DNA of 64,000 nucleotides from an uncultured Methylomirabilota bacterium (GCA_963718295.1 CAVQYV010000005.1:25933-89932), one strand, 5' to 3'; counted from the first letter of the stretch, positions 1 to 10,334 are shown. Notes: generated by a model from the sequence alone, not told the origin. Translations and numbers: made by a program.

Positions 1-1213
1 CCCAAGGACTACTACGCGACGAAGACATACACCGACAAGCTGATCGGATTCATCGACGCCAACCGTGGCGACGGCAAACCCTTCTTCGCCTACGTCGCCC
101 CCCAGGCGCCGCACGATCCGTACCACCTGCCGCGGGAGTGGCGCACTCGCCACGTCGGCGAGTACGACAAGGGTTGGGACGCGGTGCGGCAGGAGCGGCT
201 GAAGCGACAGATCGAGCTCGGCATCCTGCCCGCGGGTACGCAGCTCTCCGAGCGAATGTGGTTTATTCCCGATCCCATCGTGCTGGCTCCGGCGACCAGG
301 GCCATCCTCGGCAAGAAGATGGAGCTCTACGCGGGAATGGTGGAGAACCTCGACTTCCACGTCGGCCGCCTGATCGACCACCTCAAGAAGATCGGCGAGT
401 ACGAGAACACGATCTTCATCGTGTTCGGCGACAACGGCGCCGAGGGAACCGACCTCTTCAAGATGATCGCGGGTCAACCCAGGCACGCGTGACTACCTCT
501 TCGCGGCGATGCAAGTGGTCGCAGACCCATCCCAACGCGTGGGGCGATCCGGGCTCCTACGTTGGCTACGGCCCGATGTGGGCGCAGGTGTCGATGACGC
601 CCTTCAGCCAGTACAAGGGCTGGCTCGCGGAAGGCGGCATCCGGAACGCGCTCATCGTCAGCGGACCGGCCGTCAAGCGGCCCAAGGGGAGCATCAACCA
701 CGGGCTCATGCATGTGGCCGACCTCATGCCGACGCTGCTCGAAATCGCCGGCGCCAGCTATCCGAAGACCCGCGAGGGGCGCGAGCTGCCGGCGCTCATC
801 GGCAAGTCCTGGGGCCCGTTACTGGCGGGCCAGGCGGAGTCGCCACGGACGGAGCAGGACTACCTCGCCTGGGAAATCTTCGGCAACCGTGCGGTGCGGC
901 AGGGGGAGCTGGAAGCTCCGCTGGGAATACAAGCCGCTCGGCAAGGGCGATTGGGAGCTTTTCAACCTCGCGGCTGATCCCGCCGAGCGCAAAGGACCTC
1001 GCCGCAGAGCACCCCGACAAGGTGAAGGGGCTGATCGCGCTCTGGGACAGCTATGTCCGGGCGAACAACGTGATCCTGCCGAGTCGCTCCCCGTACGAGA
1101 CACTGGACGACCAGCTTCCGAAGCGCGTCCCGGACGACCCGGGCTTCCCGCCGCTGATCTACAAGCGACAGTTCGTGCCGCCCAAGGAGATGCTGGCCGA
1201 CCCCAAACCTTGA
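1..1213 (+). pseudogene. Arylsulfatase (sulfatase family). 5' end lies beyond the window start, and the gene is broken into four frame segments by at least three frameshifts.
   Basis: Sulfatase-like translation spread over frames 1/3/1/2. Frame 1 (1-492) reads GDNGAEGTD. Frame 3 reads YGPMWAQVSMTPFSQYKG. Frame 1 again reads KPLGKGDWELFNLAADPAE. Frame 2 reads the C-terminus, WDSYVRANNVILP, ending at a stop at 1211-1213. GC is ~68%, higher than the rest of the window. Confidence 0.6.
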
Positions 1214-1276
1214 GCGTTGCCGATCATAGAACAAATCAGGAAGGACGGAAATCTCTTGAAAAACAACGGAGGTCCG

Positions 1277-2257
1277 ATGAAACCGGTTGCTTGGTTGGGA
1301 TTGGTCGTCGCAATGATGCTCACCTTGGTCGCGCTTTGCCCACCGCAGACCCTGGCCCAGGTTCCGGCGCGCTTCTACTGGAAGACTCTGTCGAATGCCA
1401 ATGCGGTGCCGCTCATCGTCGAGTCGTTGAGCGGCAACACGAACCCGTTCGACCCAGCTCACACCGTGACGGCAGGAGCGGACGTCGACGCTATGTTGGC
1501 CCTGCCGGGTTATGCCCGCACCTTTTCTCTGTTCGATAGAGCGGCCATGGCTGCAATCATCCTGCCCATGGGGCATGTCTCGGGCGATGTCACAGTGGCC
1601 GGCAGGACGTTCAACCAATCGGCCAACGGGTTCGGCGATCCGATGCTTGAGTTCGACATCAATGTCCTCGGCCCGCCGGCGCAGAAGAACCTCCCCGACG
1701 TCCTGCGCTATGAGCCGGGGTTCTCTGTCGACCTGCTCGCCGACCTGGCGCTGCCGATCGGCGAGTACGACAGCGACCAGCCCCTGAATCTCGGGCAGAA
1801 CCGCTGGTATGCGCGCTTGGGCGTGCCCATCATCTGGCAGCTCGGCCCGTGGGTTCCGGGCCGGCGCACGACCTTGGAGTTCCTGCCCGCCGTGTGGTTC
1901 TTCGGAACCAACGACGACTATGTCGGGCAGACGTTGAAGACCGATCCATTGTTCCAGTTGGACGCGCACGTGACGCGCGACCTGACCGAGCACTTCTGGG
2001 CGTCGCTCGACGCCACCTGGTACTACGGCGGCGAATCGAGCATCAACGGCGTCTCGGGGGAAAGACTCAACAACCTCGGCTTCGGACTCACGCTCGGGTA
2101 CAACATCAACGACAACCTGAACCTCACCGTCGGCTACAAGTCGACCGTTAACGACAACGCTCCCGGGGACCTTCGCATGGACAATTTCATGGTCTCGCTC
2201 GTGTACGGGTGGCACCCGCTCATCGAAGGCGTGCAACGGCTGAAGGGCGAGAAGTAG
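1277..2257 (+). CDS. Outer-membrane beta-barrel porter of the MetA-pathway / phenol-degradation family (Transp_MetA-like), with a signal peptide.
   Basis: Long ORF. A GGAGG sits 6 nt upstream of the ATG at 1277. Signal peptide MKPVAWLGLVVAMMLTLVALCPPQTLAQV. C-terminal aromatic-rich beta-barrel-like repeats (LGFGLTLGYNINDNLNLTVGYK...VSLVYGW). Confidence 0.6.
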   Translation: MKPVAWLGLVVAMMLTLVALCPPQTLAQVPARFYWKTLSNANAVPLIVESLSGNTNPFDPAHTVTAGADVDAMLALPGYARTFSLFDRAAMAAIILPMGHVSGDVTVAGRTFNQSANGFGDPMLEFDINVLGPPAQKNLPDVLRYEPGFSVDLLADLALPIGEYDSDQPLNLGQNRWYARLGVPIIWQLGPWVPGRRTTLEFLPAVWFFGTNDDYVGQTLKTDPLFQLDAHVTRDLTEHFWASLDATWYYGGESSINGVSGERLNNLGFGLTLGYNINDNLNLTVGYKSTVNDNAPGDLRMDNFMVSLVYGWHPLIEGVQRLKGEK

Positions 2258-2270
2258 TCATCATGACTAC
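2254..2270. repeat. 17-bp perfect palindrome (gtagtcat-c-atgactac) overlapping the stop codon of the preceding gene. It sits at the point where GC content drops from ~68% to ~58%.
   Basis: Read directly from the sequence. Followed by a low-complexity gggcgagggggtca x2 tandem. Confidence 0.6.
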
Positions 2271-2591
2271 CTCCGGTGCAAAAAGGGCGAGAAAGGGCGA
2301 GGGGGTCAAGGGCGAGGGGGTCAGACCTACACTTTGCACAACGGGCACGATAGCGGGGATGAAGCTCCCAGCCGGCAGGACGGGGCTTCCGGGAAACGAC
2401 CTATCCGCCAATTTGGATTGTGCCTTTTGCTCTTGACCCCGCCTGCGAGGCACATCTTGCAGGGCGCGGGCCGGTCGCAGAAAGACAAAGGGTAATCCAG
2501 CCCTCTGGCTTGAGGAGGCCAAAGGCAGGATCACCCTTTCCGTTGCCCAAGATCCTTACCCAAGATCAAAGGAGCCGGTACAGGATCTCTT

Positions 2592-3005
2592 TCAGATGAT
2601 GAGTTTCTTCCCCATCTCAAAAATCCCCTTGAACTCGAATGGGGCCTCCGGGTTAGCCGGCTGATCGGGCTGCCAGAAGCAAGCCACGCACTCATGGATC
2701 TCCCTTCCCAACTGCAGCATGACCAGGCAGTAATTGAACTGGCCCTTTAGCAAATCCACCCTCTCCCTCCTGGTAACCTCCAGCAGGGTTACCTTATATC
2801 CATTCTCCGATGCATTTTCCTTTGTCCAATTCTGGTTGACATATCTTTCGATGAAGGAAGAATACCCGGAGATCTCCTCTTGGCTCGCCTGCACTGCGAT
2901 CGGGCTGGCCGGAACCTCCGCAGCCGCGAAGGCAAGGGAAACATGGATCAGAGACGATCCCAGCAGGATAGCGAGCAGCCATATCGATAAGCTCACCCTT
3001 TTCAT
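2592..3005 (-). CDS. Small secreted hypothetical protein (~137 aa) with an N-terminal signal peptide.
   Basis: ORF with internal start MKRVSLSIWLLAILLGSSLIHVSLAFAAA. AAGG lies upstream of the ATG. No recognizable family. Confidence 0.4.
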   Translation of the reverse strand: MKRVSLSIWLLAILLGSSLIHVSLAFAAAEVPASPIAVQASQEEISGYSSFIERYVNQNWTKENASENGYKVTLLEVTRRERVDLLKGQFNYCLVMLQLGREIHECVACFWQPDQPANPEAPFEFKGIFEMGKKLII

Positions 3006-3348
3006 TTCATTGACCTTTTCTCCCTGCATGGCAGGGCCAACCTGCGAATTTCCTTCTCGCGAGGTCATGCGGGTTGCCTCAGGCCCCACTCGCGGCCATC
3101 CGCAAACTTTGGGACATCGTCCCCCGCCCCCGCAATTCCGATCTAAGATTATCATCTATTGCCATCGATGTCAAACTCACATCCCTTTCATGTCCGTTTC
3201 AACGCGCCCGACCGGACCCTGCAAACAGGTGCAAACAAGTGTTGACTTTGAAGGCCAGTGGCGATACGTTTACCTTGTCACCATCGTTCGCGGGGAATCA
3301 CATGCCGCATGTCCGTCTTTCAACCAACCCGATTCCCGGAGGTCCTTC

Positions 3349-5424
3349 ATGAAAAGCCATCGTTGCCTGTCGGTCCTCACTGTCATCTTAACCCTCCTTA
3401 CCCTGGTGTCCCTAAGCTCGGCGGCCTATCAGAAGCGAGAGACCGAGCCGAAGAAAGAGAGCAAAGAGGCTGCCAAGGTGGACCTTGTGCTCCCAGCTGG
3501 CTCCGTGCCCGTCCCGCTTCCCTCTCGCCGGCAGATCATCGATGCCGACAAGGGCACGAGCTGCCTTCTGTGCCACCGCATGCCCTATCCCACCGCGCCT
3601 CAGAAGCCGGCCCAGTTGGGGGAACAGGTCCTTTCCTCCATCCAAGTCACCCCGCCGTGTGCATGGCAGCTTCTGACCACGCTTCCCTTCCCGTTCAACA
3701 AGAATATGGGGGCGTGGTCCCCGGATGGAAAGCGGATCGTTTATTCCGTCAGCGTCGTTCAGGGCGATTGGGATATCTGGTTAATGGATGCAGATGGCAA
3801 GAATCGGACTCCACTCCTGACGGGCGCCACCAGAGACGTGGCCTCGGATTGGAGCCCAGATGGCAGGTACATCCTCTTTCAATCCAATCGCTCAGGGAAC
3901 GACGATATCTGGATGATGGAGCTCGCCTCCCAGAAACTGACGCAGATCACCCGAGAGGCCAGCGAAGAGACCCACCCCAGATGCTCCCCGGACGGAAAGA
4001 AGATCGTATTTCAATCCAATCGCTCCGGAAACCAGGAGATTTGGGCCATGGAGGTGGCCTCCCGCCAGTGGACGCAGCTCACCAACCACCCAGGGGTTGA
4101 CGAGAGTCCCGCCTTCAGCCCCAGCGGGGACCAGATCGTTTTCGTCTCCGATCGCGCCGGCAACAAGGATATCTGGATCATGAATTCCAATGGTAGCGGC
4201 CAGAAGGCGCTGACCCAAAAACCGGGAGAGGACGTCACCCCCAATTGGAGCCCCGACGGCCAGAAGATCGTCTATGCCCACAAACGGGGCAGTAATCTCG
4301 ATCTCTGGGTGATGAATCGGGATGGCAGCCATCCCATTCGCCTGACCACCTATCCCGACGCCGAATTCGATCCCCGCTTCAGCCCCGACGGCAAATGGAT
4401 CCTCTTCTCCTCCAATGTGCGGGGCACCTGGGATGTGCTCTGCATGCAAGTGGATGCCTCCATGATCGATCCTGAGCATAGCCCCATCAAACGCCTCACC
4501 GACAGCGAGGCGAGGGAGGTGGGAGCAATCTTCAGTCCGGATGGGCAGAAGATCGCCTACAATTCGGATGCCAAGGGCCACTGGAGCCTCTGGGTGATGA
4601 ATGGGGACGGCTCCCAGAAAAAGCAGCTCACCGCCGACGATGAAGATGCCGGTTGGCCCGCTTGGAGCCCGGATGGGAAGAAGATCGTCTATTGGGGAAC
4701 CAAGAACGGAAATCAGGATGTCTGGGTCATCGATGTGGATGGAGCGAACAAGAAGCGCCTCACCGACCATCCGGCCCTGGACGGCGATGCCCAATGGAGC
4801 CCGGATGGGAAGAAGATCGTCTTCGTCTCCGAGCGGACGGGAAAGGGCGATCTCTACCTGATGGAATCCGACGGCTCCAATCAGAAACGGCTCACCTCCA
4901 CCGAAGCCCTCGATTGGACGCCTTACTGGTCCCCGGATGGCAAGACCATCGCCTATGTCTCCAATCAGACCAAGAATTTCGAAATCTGGACCCTGAACCT
5001 GGAGACCTTGGAGGCCAAGCACCTCACCCCCAATACTTGTGGCAGCTTCGTTCCCCGCTGGAGAGCAGATGGAACCCGGATCTCCTGTGTGACCTGGCGA
5101 GGCGGTGAGTACACCATCAAGGGGAGTTTTGATCTATCCACCATGAACATCGATGGCAGCGAGAAGACGGATTTGGTCCCCTCCCCCCTCGACGAGCGAT
5201 CGGCCCGTTGGATCCCGGACGGCAGTGGCATCGTCTTCTGGTCCTGGCGGACCGGAAATCCGGAAATCTTCACCATGAAACCCGATGGGAGCGACCTGAC
5301 CCAGATCACCGATAACCTCGCCTACGATGTCTTTCCCTCCTCCAGCCCGGATGGAAAGCGGATCGCCTTCGAATCGGACCGGATGGGGAACTTCGATATC
5401 TGGGTGGTGGAGATGCCCGATTGA
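3349..5424 (+). CDS. Exported protein with an N-terminal c-type heme-binding motif (CLLCH) fused to two TolB-like PD40/WD40-like beta-propeller repeat domains.
   Basis: GGAGG lies 7 nt upstream of the ATG at 3349. Signal peptide MKSHRCLSVLTVILTLLTLVSLSSAA. Motif SCLLCHRMPYPTAP. About 14 repeats of the SPDGKxIxFxSxRxGNxDIW type, typical of PD40 repeats (PF07676). Confidence 0.7.
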   Translation: MKSHRCLSVLTVILTLLTLVSLSSAAYQKRETEPKKESKEAAKVDLVLPAGSVPVPLPSRRQIIDADKGTSCLLCHRMPYPTAPQKPAQLGEQVLSSIQVTPPCAWQLLTTLPFPFNKNMGAWSPDGKRIVYSVSVVQGDWDIWLMDADGKNRTPLLTGATRDVASDWSPDGRYILFQSNRSGNDDIWMMELASQKLTQITREASEETHPRCSPDGKKIVFQSNRSGNQEIWAMEVASRQWTQLTNHPGVDESPAFSPSGDQIVFVSDRAGNKDIWIMNSNGSGQKALTQKPGEDVTPNWSPDGQKIVYAHKRGSNLDLWVMNRDGSHPIRLTTYPDAEFDPRFSPDGKWILFSSNVRGTWDVLCMQVDASMIDPEHSPIKRLTDSEAREVGAIFSPDGQKIAYNSDAKGHWSLWVMNGDGSQKKQLTADDEDAGWPAWSPDGKKIVYWGTKNGNQDVWVIDVDGANKKRLTDHPALDGDAQWSPDGKKIVFVSERTGKGDLYLMESDGSNQKRLTSTEALDWTPYWSPDGKTIAYVSNQTKNFEIWTLNLETLEAKHLTPNTCGSFVPRWRADGTRISCVTWRGGEYTIKGSFDLSTMNIDGSEKTDLVPSPLDERSARWIPDGSGIVFWSWRTGNPEIFTMKPDGSDLTQITDNLAYDVFPSSSPDGKRIAFESDRMGNFDIWVVEMPD
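4391..5424 (+). repeat. ~1.03-kb direct repeat, ~98-99% identical to 6540-7575. It covers the 3' halves of the two PD40 paralogs.
   Basis: Only a handful of substitutions when the two stretches are compared directly. The 5' halves of the genes are only ~60% identical. Confidence 0.85.
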
Positions 5425-5507
5425 GGCAGGCGGATGAACTGGTGGATTCTCCCGTATCTTCGCCCATTTTCAACAGAGTCTCACAGCACTTTCAGGGGGG
5501 TCCTTCG

Positions 5508-7587
5508 ATGAAGAGAAAACAGAAGATGTGGATGCTTTTCGCTGTGATGGGCTTCCTCGGCCTGATGATCCCTGAGTCCCAGGCCTATATGGATCAGATT
5601 TTGGCCGCCAAGGCCAAGGCGGCACTCGGAGAGGCCGTCCTCCAGATGGGGGCGGTACCCTCCCCCTCGCCCTCCCGGCGTCAGATCATCGATGCGGACA
5701 AGGGGGCTTCCTGCCTGGTGTGCCACCGCATGCCCTATCCAACAGCTCCCCAGAAACCTGCCAAAGTTGGCGAACAACCCCTGTCGTCCATTCAAACCAA
5801 TCCCCCCGGTGGATGGCGACTCCTGACCTCTCTCACCGCCTCCGTAAATGCGATCGCCGGTGGATGGAGCCCCGATGGCAAGCAGGTCTGCTACTCCTTG
5901 AACCTTTCCGGGAAGGATTGGGATATATGGACGGTCGATTCCGATGGCAAGAACCGACGCCCCCTGATCGCCAGCTCTGCCGCGGAGTTAGCCCCCGACT
6001 GGAGTCCGGACGGAAAGTCAATCGTCTTTCAATCCAATCGTGCAGGAGATCATGATGTCTGGATGATGGAGCTTGGCTCCAAGAAGCTGACCCAGGTCAC
6101 TCAGGGCCCAGGAGATGACATCATGCCCAGGTGGTCACCGGATGGCAAGGGGATCGTCTTTCAATCCAATCGGTCGGGCAACGAGGAGATCTGGCTCCTG
6201 GAGCTGGCGACCCAGAAACTAACTCAGCTGACGAACCATCCGGCAAAGGACGAGAACCCGATCTTCTCCCCGCAAGGGGATCGGATCTATTTCGTCTCCG
6301 ATCGCTCTGGCAACAAGGATATCTGGGCCATGAAGCTGGATGGCTCCGATCCCCAGGCATTGACCCACGCCCCGGAGGACGACATCGCCCCCCACCCCTC
6401 CTCCGACGGCCAGAAGATCGTCTTCTCCCATAAGCAGGGGGACAACCTGGACCTGTGGGCCATGGACGCCGATGGGAGCCATCCGATCCGTCTCACCACC
6501 CATCCTTCGGCAGAGCTGGGACCCTACTTCAGCCCGGACGGCAAATGGATCCTCTTCTCCTCCAATGTGCGGGGCACCTGGGATGTGCTCTGCATGCAAG
6601 TGGATGCCTCCATGATCGATCCTGAGCATAGCCCCATCAAACGCCTCACCGACAGCGAGGCGAGGGAGGTGGGAGCAATCTTCAGTCCGGATGGGCAAGA
6701 AGATCGCCTACAATTCGGATGCCAAGGGCCACTGGAGCCTCTGGGTGATGAATGCGGATGGCTCCCAGAAGAAGCAGCTCACCGCCGACGATGAAGATGC
6801 CGGTTGGCCCGCTTGGAGCCCGGATGGGAAGAAGATCGTCTATTGGGGAACCAAGAACGGAAATCAGGATGTCTGGGTCATCGATGTGGATGGAGCGAAC
6901 AAGAAGCGCCTCACCGACCATCCGGCCCTGGACGGCGATGCCCAATGGAGCCCGGATGGGAAGAAGATCGTCTTCGTCTCCGAGCGGACGGGAAAGGGCG
7001 ATCTCTACCTGATGGAATCCGACGGCTCCAATCAGAAACGGCTCACCTCCACCGAAGCCCTCGATTGGACGCCTTACTGGTCCCCGGATGGCAAGACCAT
7101 CGCCTATGTCTCCAATCAGACCAAGAATTTCGAAATCTGGACCCTGAACCTGGAGACCTTGGAGGCCAAGCACCTCACCCCCAATACTTGTGGCAGCTTC
7201 GTTCCCCGCTGGAGAGCAGATGGAACCCGGATCTCCTGTGTGACCTGGCGAGGCGGTGAGTACACCATCAAGGGGAGTTTTGATCTGTCCACCATGAACA
7301 TCGATGGCAGCGAGAAGACGGATTTGGTTCCCTCCCCCCTCGACGAGCGATCGCCCCGTTGGATCGCGGACGGCAGTGGCATCGTCTTCTGGTCCTGGCG
7401 GACGGGAAATCCGGAGATCTTCACCATCAGGCCCGATGGGAGCGACCTGACGCAGATCACCGATAATCTGGCCTACGATGTCTTTCCCTCCTCCAGCCCG
7501 GACGGAAAGCGGATCGCCTTCGAATCGGACCGGATGGGGAACTTCGATATCTGGGTGGTGGAGGTGCGTGATCACGTGATCAGTTGA
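5508..7587 (+). pseudogene. Tandem paralog of the preceding cytochrome-motif/PD40 beta-propeller protein. Interrupted by a 1-nt insertion near 6696, which may be a sequencing error.
   Basis: RBS GGGGGG. Signal peptide MKRKQKMWMLFAVMGFLGLMIPESQA. Motif SCLVCHRMPYPTAP. The frame breaks at 'gggcaagaagatc' (copy 1 has 'gggcagaagatc'). The ORF 6691-7587 then continues in another frame with the same PD40 repeats. Confidence 0.6.
6540..7575 (+). repeat. Second copy of the ~1.03-kb near-identical direct repeat (partner of 4391-5424).
   Basis: Same as above. Confidence 0.85.
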
Positions 7588-7596
7588 ATGGAAGAT

Positions 7597-7640
7597 CCAA
7601 AAGAATTGGCCTCCCATACAAGGAGGCCAATTCTTTTGCA
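7597..7640. terminator. Perfect 18-bp stem-loop (ccaaaagaattggcctcc / ggaggccaattcttttg) downstream of the PD40 paralog. The stem ends in TTTT.
   Basis: Inverted repeat read from the sequence. Lies between the convergent genes at 7587 (+) and 7922 (-). Confidence 0.5.
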
Positions 7641-7761
7641 AGCAAACTCACCACCCCTGGATCCCGCCTCAGCCCACTTCACCTTCCATTCGGACTAGTG
7701 CCCCGTCTCAGAAATTCATTGAAGAAGTTTTCTGGCCTTATCCTCTCACCCTCCCCTTTAT

Positions 7762-7830
7762 CCCCTCCCCTCAAGGGAGGGGAAAATCGAAGGGATTGCA
7801 GTAATTTCCCTCCCCATTGATGGGGGAGGG
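7762..7830. repeat. Two adjacent G/C-only 8-bp-stem hairpins (cccctccc-ctcaa-gggagggg and ccctcccc-attgat-ggggaggg) in a convergent intergenic region.
   Basis: Read from the sequence. No adjacent U-tract on either strand. Confidence 0.5.
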
Positions 7831-7921
7831 CGAGGGTGGGGGTGAAAAGAACATATGAAACCTACTTGTGGGACCAAACACTAGGTGCGGTGAGCGGGGG
7901 TTCCCAAGCAACGCATGGGCT

Positions 7922-9067
7922 TCATCCTACGGAATCCCTCCTTCCAGCCCGACAAAACCCCTCCTGCGGCTCGTGCACTTTCATGCCTTGAAGTCCAGAC
8001 CTCATGACCGCTTTCCTCAGACCAGGATTGAAGATAAAGTGGGACTTCAAGTTTTTCAGAAATATGTTCCTCCTCAATTGTCTTGTCTGCTCGTAGTAAC
8101 GCTCCTCGAAGCCATGCAGGGATGTGCGTAGACTTTCCGCCAGGATCAGCGCACTTCGAAATGCATAACTGATTCCTTCAGCAGAACTCGGACTGATCCA
8201 GCCCCCAGCCTCGCCCAGTAAGGCAATCCCGCCGCCGCCGGTGGACAGCTGCCGTGCCTTCACCGGCCGTAAGATATAGGCGCCCTCTCGCCATAGGGTC
8301 TTCCCAAACTGGAAGCCGTAGTGCCTCAGCTTCCTTTTCAACAGTTCGAACTTCTCAGATGTCTCTGCCTTCGGGTGAAGCGCTGCGCCGATGAGGAGGT
8401 GGTCGCCCTTTGGAATCATCCAGCAATAATAATCGGTGATTTCTGGGTCAAATAAGGAGGTGAAATAGGGGAAATCGCTCTCTCCTTCGACCCATTCCTG
8501 TATTGCGAAATATCTTTTCGGAAAAGCGTGGTTCGCTGACGATTGGGACCGAACCCTTGAGGACGCGCCGTCTGCTCCTACCAGGATTTTCGCCTTCTCT
8601 ACATAGCTCTTATGGTCCTGGAGGAGGATGAGCCTGAAACCGTCGTTTTCCAACGAGTATGATTTCAGCCGACAGGCGACTCTTATTTCCACGCTGGAGG
8701 GGATCAGAGACAATAGCCAGCCGTCGAATCTCTGCCGATTGATGTTGATATAGTGACGCTGATAATATCTCTCCAGGCCTTGCTGGATATCTATCGCCTT
8801 GACAACGAAAAGCTGAGGTTCTTCCAAAACGCTTTTGGGCAGACCCAGTCCCAATTGGGACAGCATCCCTTGTGCATCAGGAGCCAAAAGTCCACCACAG
8901 CACTTTCCTGCGGAAAAACTCTCAGGAGAGCTTATGATCTGCCTCTTATCGACCAGCAGCACTTTGTAGCTCTCCCCAATCAATCTCGCCAGGGTGGCTC
9001 CGGCTGGGCCCCCTCCAATGATAGCTACATCATACACGGGCCTTCTTGCTTCCCGGAGGCTGGGCAT
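7922..9067 (-). CDS. FAD-dependent oxidoreductase (geranylgeranyl-reductase / NAD(P)/FAD-binding family).
   Basis: N-terminal Rossmann motif YDVAIIGGGPAGATLA...VLLVDKR. Central GADGASSRVR. The start at 9067 is preferred. The ORF extends to 9094 and overlaps the ubiE 3' end. Confidence 0.7.
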   Translation of the reverse strand: MPSLREARRPVYDVAIIGGGPAGATLARLIGESYKVLLVDKRQIISSPESFSAGKCCGGLLAPDAQGMLSQLGLGLPKSVLEEPQLFVVKAIDIQQGLERYYQRHYININRQRFDGWLLSLIPSSVEIRVACRLKSYSLENDGFRLILLQDHKSYVEKAKILVGADGASSRVRSQSSANHAFPKRYFAIQEWVEGESDFPYFTSLFDPEITDYYCWMIPKGDHLLIGAALHPKAETSEKFELLKRKLRHYGFQFGKTLWREGAYILRPVKARQLSTGGGGIALLGEAGGWISPSSAEGISYAFRSALILAESLRTSLHGFEERYYEQTRQLRRNIFLKNLKSHFIFNPGLRKAVMRSGLQGMKVHEPQEGFCRAGRRDSVG

Positions 9068-9810
9068 GAGCCTTCCCCGTTTTTGGCCTTCCACCCCTGA
9101 TGAATAGCTGCCGCCCCGAAAAGCAACCGTTGAAAGGTGGTCTCCTCGAACCCGGCCTCGCGGATGATATCGGCCAATTCTTCCGCGGAGTAAAAGCGAG
9201 GTATTGTTTTCGCCAGATAGGCATAGGCAGTTCTGGATCCAGAGATCCGACTTCCTACGGATTCCACGAACAGCTTAACATACAGGTCCCGAAGCTCTCT
9301 GACGGGAACAAAGGAGGGCCTGCTGGTCTCGAGATTGACGAAACGGCCTCCTCGCTTCAGGACCCGGTAGAACTCAGCGAAGCTCTCGACCAAGATGCCT
9401 CTGTTCAGATTGAGGTTTCGGGTCGCAAATGACATAGTGACCAGGTCAAGGCTCTGGTCGGGAAAGGGCAATGACCTGATGTTGGACGAGACGAAAATGA
9501 TACGCTTTGCCTCCGGTTTTCTTTTCGCCTTTTCCAGCATGGAATGCGAGAAGTCCACTGCATAGATTTCTGTCTCCGTTGGTGCCAGATGGGCCAGGTA
9601 AGCCGCAGTTTCCCCGGTGCCTGTGCACATATCTGCCCATCGACTGCCACCAGCGGCGGCAGCGATTTTTGCAGCCCGTCTCCGCCATACGATATCAAGC
9701 CCAAGCGTCAAGAGATGGTTTATCTGCTCATATGTCGCTGGTACTTGGGCAAAAATTCTTTGGACGAACTCGGACGTTCCGACTGGCACTCTCTTGGACC
9801 CTTCTCCCAT
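9025..9810 (-). CDS. ubiE: Demethylmenaquinone / ubiquinone C-methyltransferase UbiE/MenG (class I SAM methyltransferase).
   Basis: Full-length similarity to UbiE. Motifs include VLDVCTGTG-like 'WADMCTGTGE' and the RVLKRGGRF region. Confidence 0.8.
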   Translation of the reverse strand: MGEGSKRVPVGTSEFVQRIFAQVPATYEQINHLLTLGLDIVWRRRAAKIAAAAGGSRWADMCTGTGETAAYLAHLAPTETEIYAVDFSHSMLEKAKRKPEAKRIIFVSSNIRSLPFPDQSLDLVTMSFATRNLNLNRGILVESFAEFYRVLKRGGRFVNLETSRPSFVPVRELRDLYVKLFVESVGSRISGSRTAYAYLAKTIPRFYSAEELADIIREAGFEETTFQRLLFGAAAIHQGWKAKNGEGSCPASGKQEGPCMM

Positions 9811-10006
9811 TCGGCTAACCTCTTAACCTCTGATCGGCGGCGCGGTTTGATCGCGCGCGCGGCGGGGGGCGCGGCGCGAGGCGGTCAGCGGAATCATGCG
9901 ACTCATCTTCTGTCTGCTGGTTCCAGCTTACCCTTTTCCGGGGAAAGACGGGTCTCCAATTCGGTCAGTTTCTTCTTCTGAGCGCTGATGTCAATTTATC
10001 CCGGAC

Positions 10007-10192
10007 TCACGCAGGTAGAAATACCAGCAGACTGATCAGGGCGCCCACACCCAAGGCAATCAGGAGGATGAGAGCCAGTGAACCCTGAAAGGTCCAGGTC
10101 ATGAAGGTGATGGTGGTTGGAATCCCGTTCTGCAGCGCAAAAACGATGGCCAGAGCGGCAACGAGCAGGGCGAAGATCAAGGACACTTGCAT
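10007..10192 (-). CDS. Small membrane protein with a LapA-like domain (DUF1049), ~61 aa.
   Basis: Internal start MQVSLIFALLVAALAIVFALQNGIPTTITFMTWTFQGSLALILLIALGVGALISLLVF. Two TM helices typical of LapA_dom. The longer upstream ORF extension is low-complexity. Confidence 0.45.
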   Translation of the reverse strand: MQVSLIFALLVAALAIVFALQNGIPTTITFMTWTFQGSLALILLIALGVGALISLLVFLPA

Positions 10193-10334
10193 GGAAGAGC
10201 TCCTTTCGTGAATGCTGAGAGAAGCTGAATGAGATTGGGCGGATCGTGCATGATCCTTCATACACCCATGGCCAGCCCGAGGGCCGACCCGACTCAGTGG
10301 CGTTGCCAGGGACGACTTCGGCTTCAAGGATCGG

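Noticed and set aside
2209-2534. ORFs 2209-2436 (+) and 2220-2534 (-) in the GC-transition zone
   Set aside because: No RBS, low-complexity translation, and overlap with the palindrome and tandem-repeat junction. They are more likely non-coding.
9840-9900. ~50-nt stretch composed almost purely of G and C (cggcggcgcgg…ggcggggggcgcggcgcgaggcgg) between ubiE and the LapA-like gene
   Set aside because: It is only an imperfect G/C hairpin. It could be a terminator for the minus-strand gene, but it lacks clear symmetry or a U-tract and does not recur elsewhere in the window.
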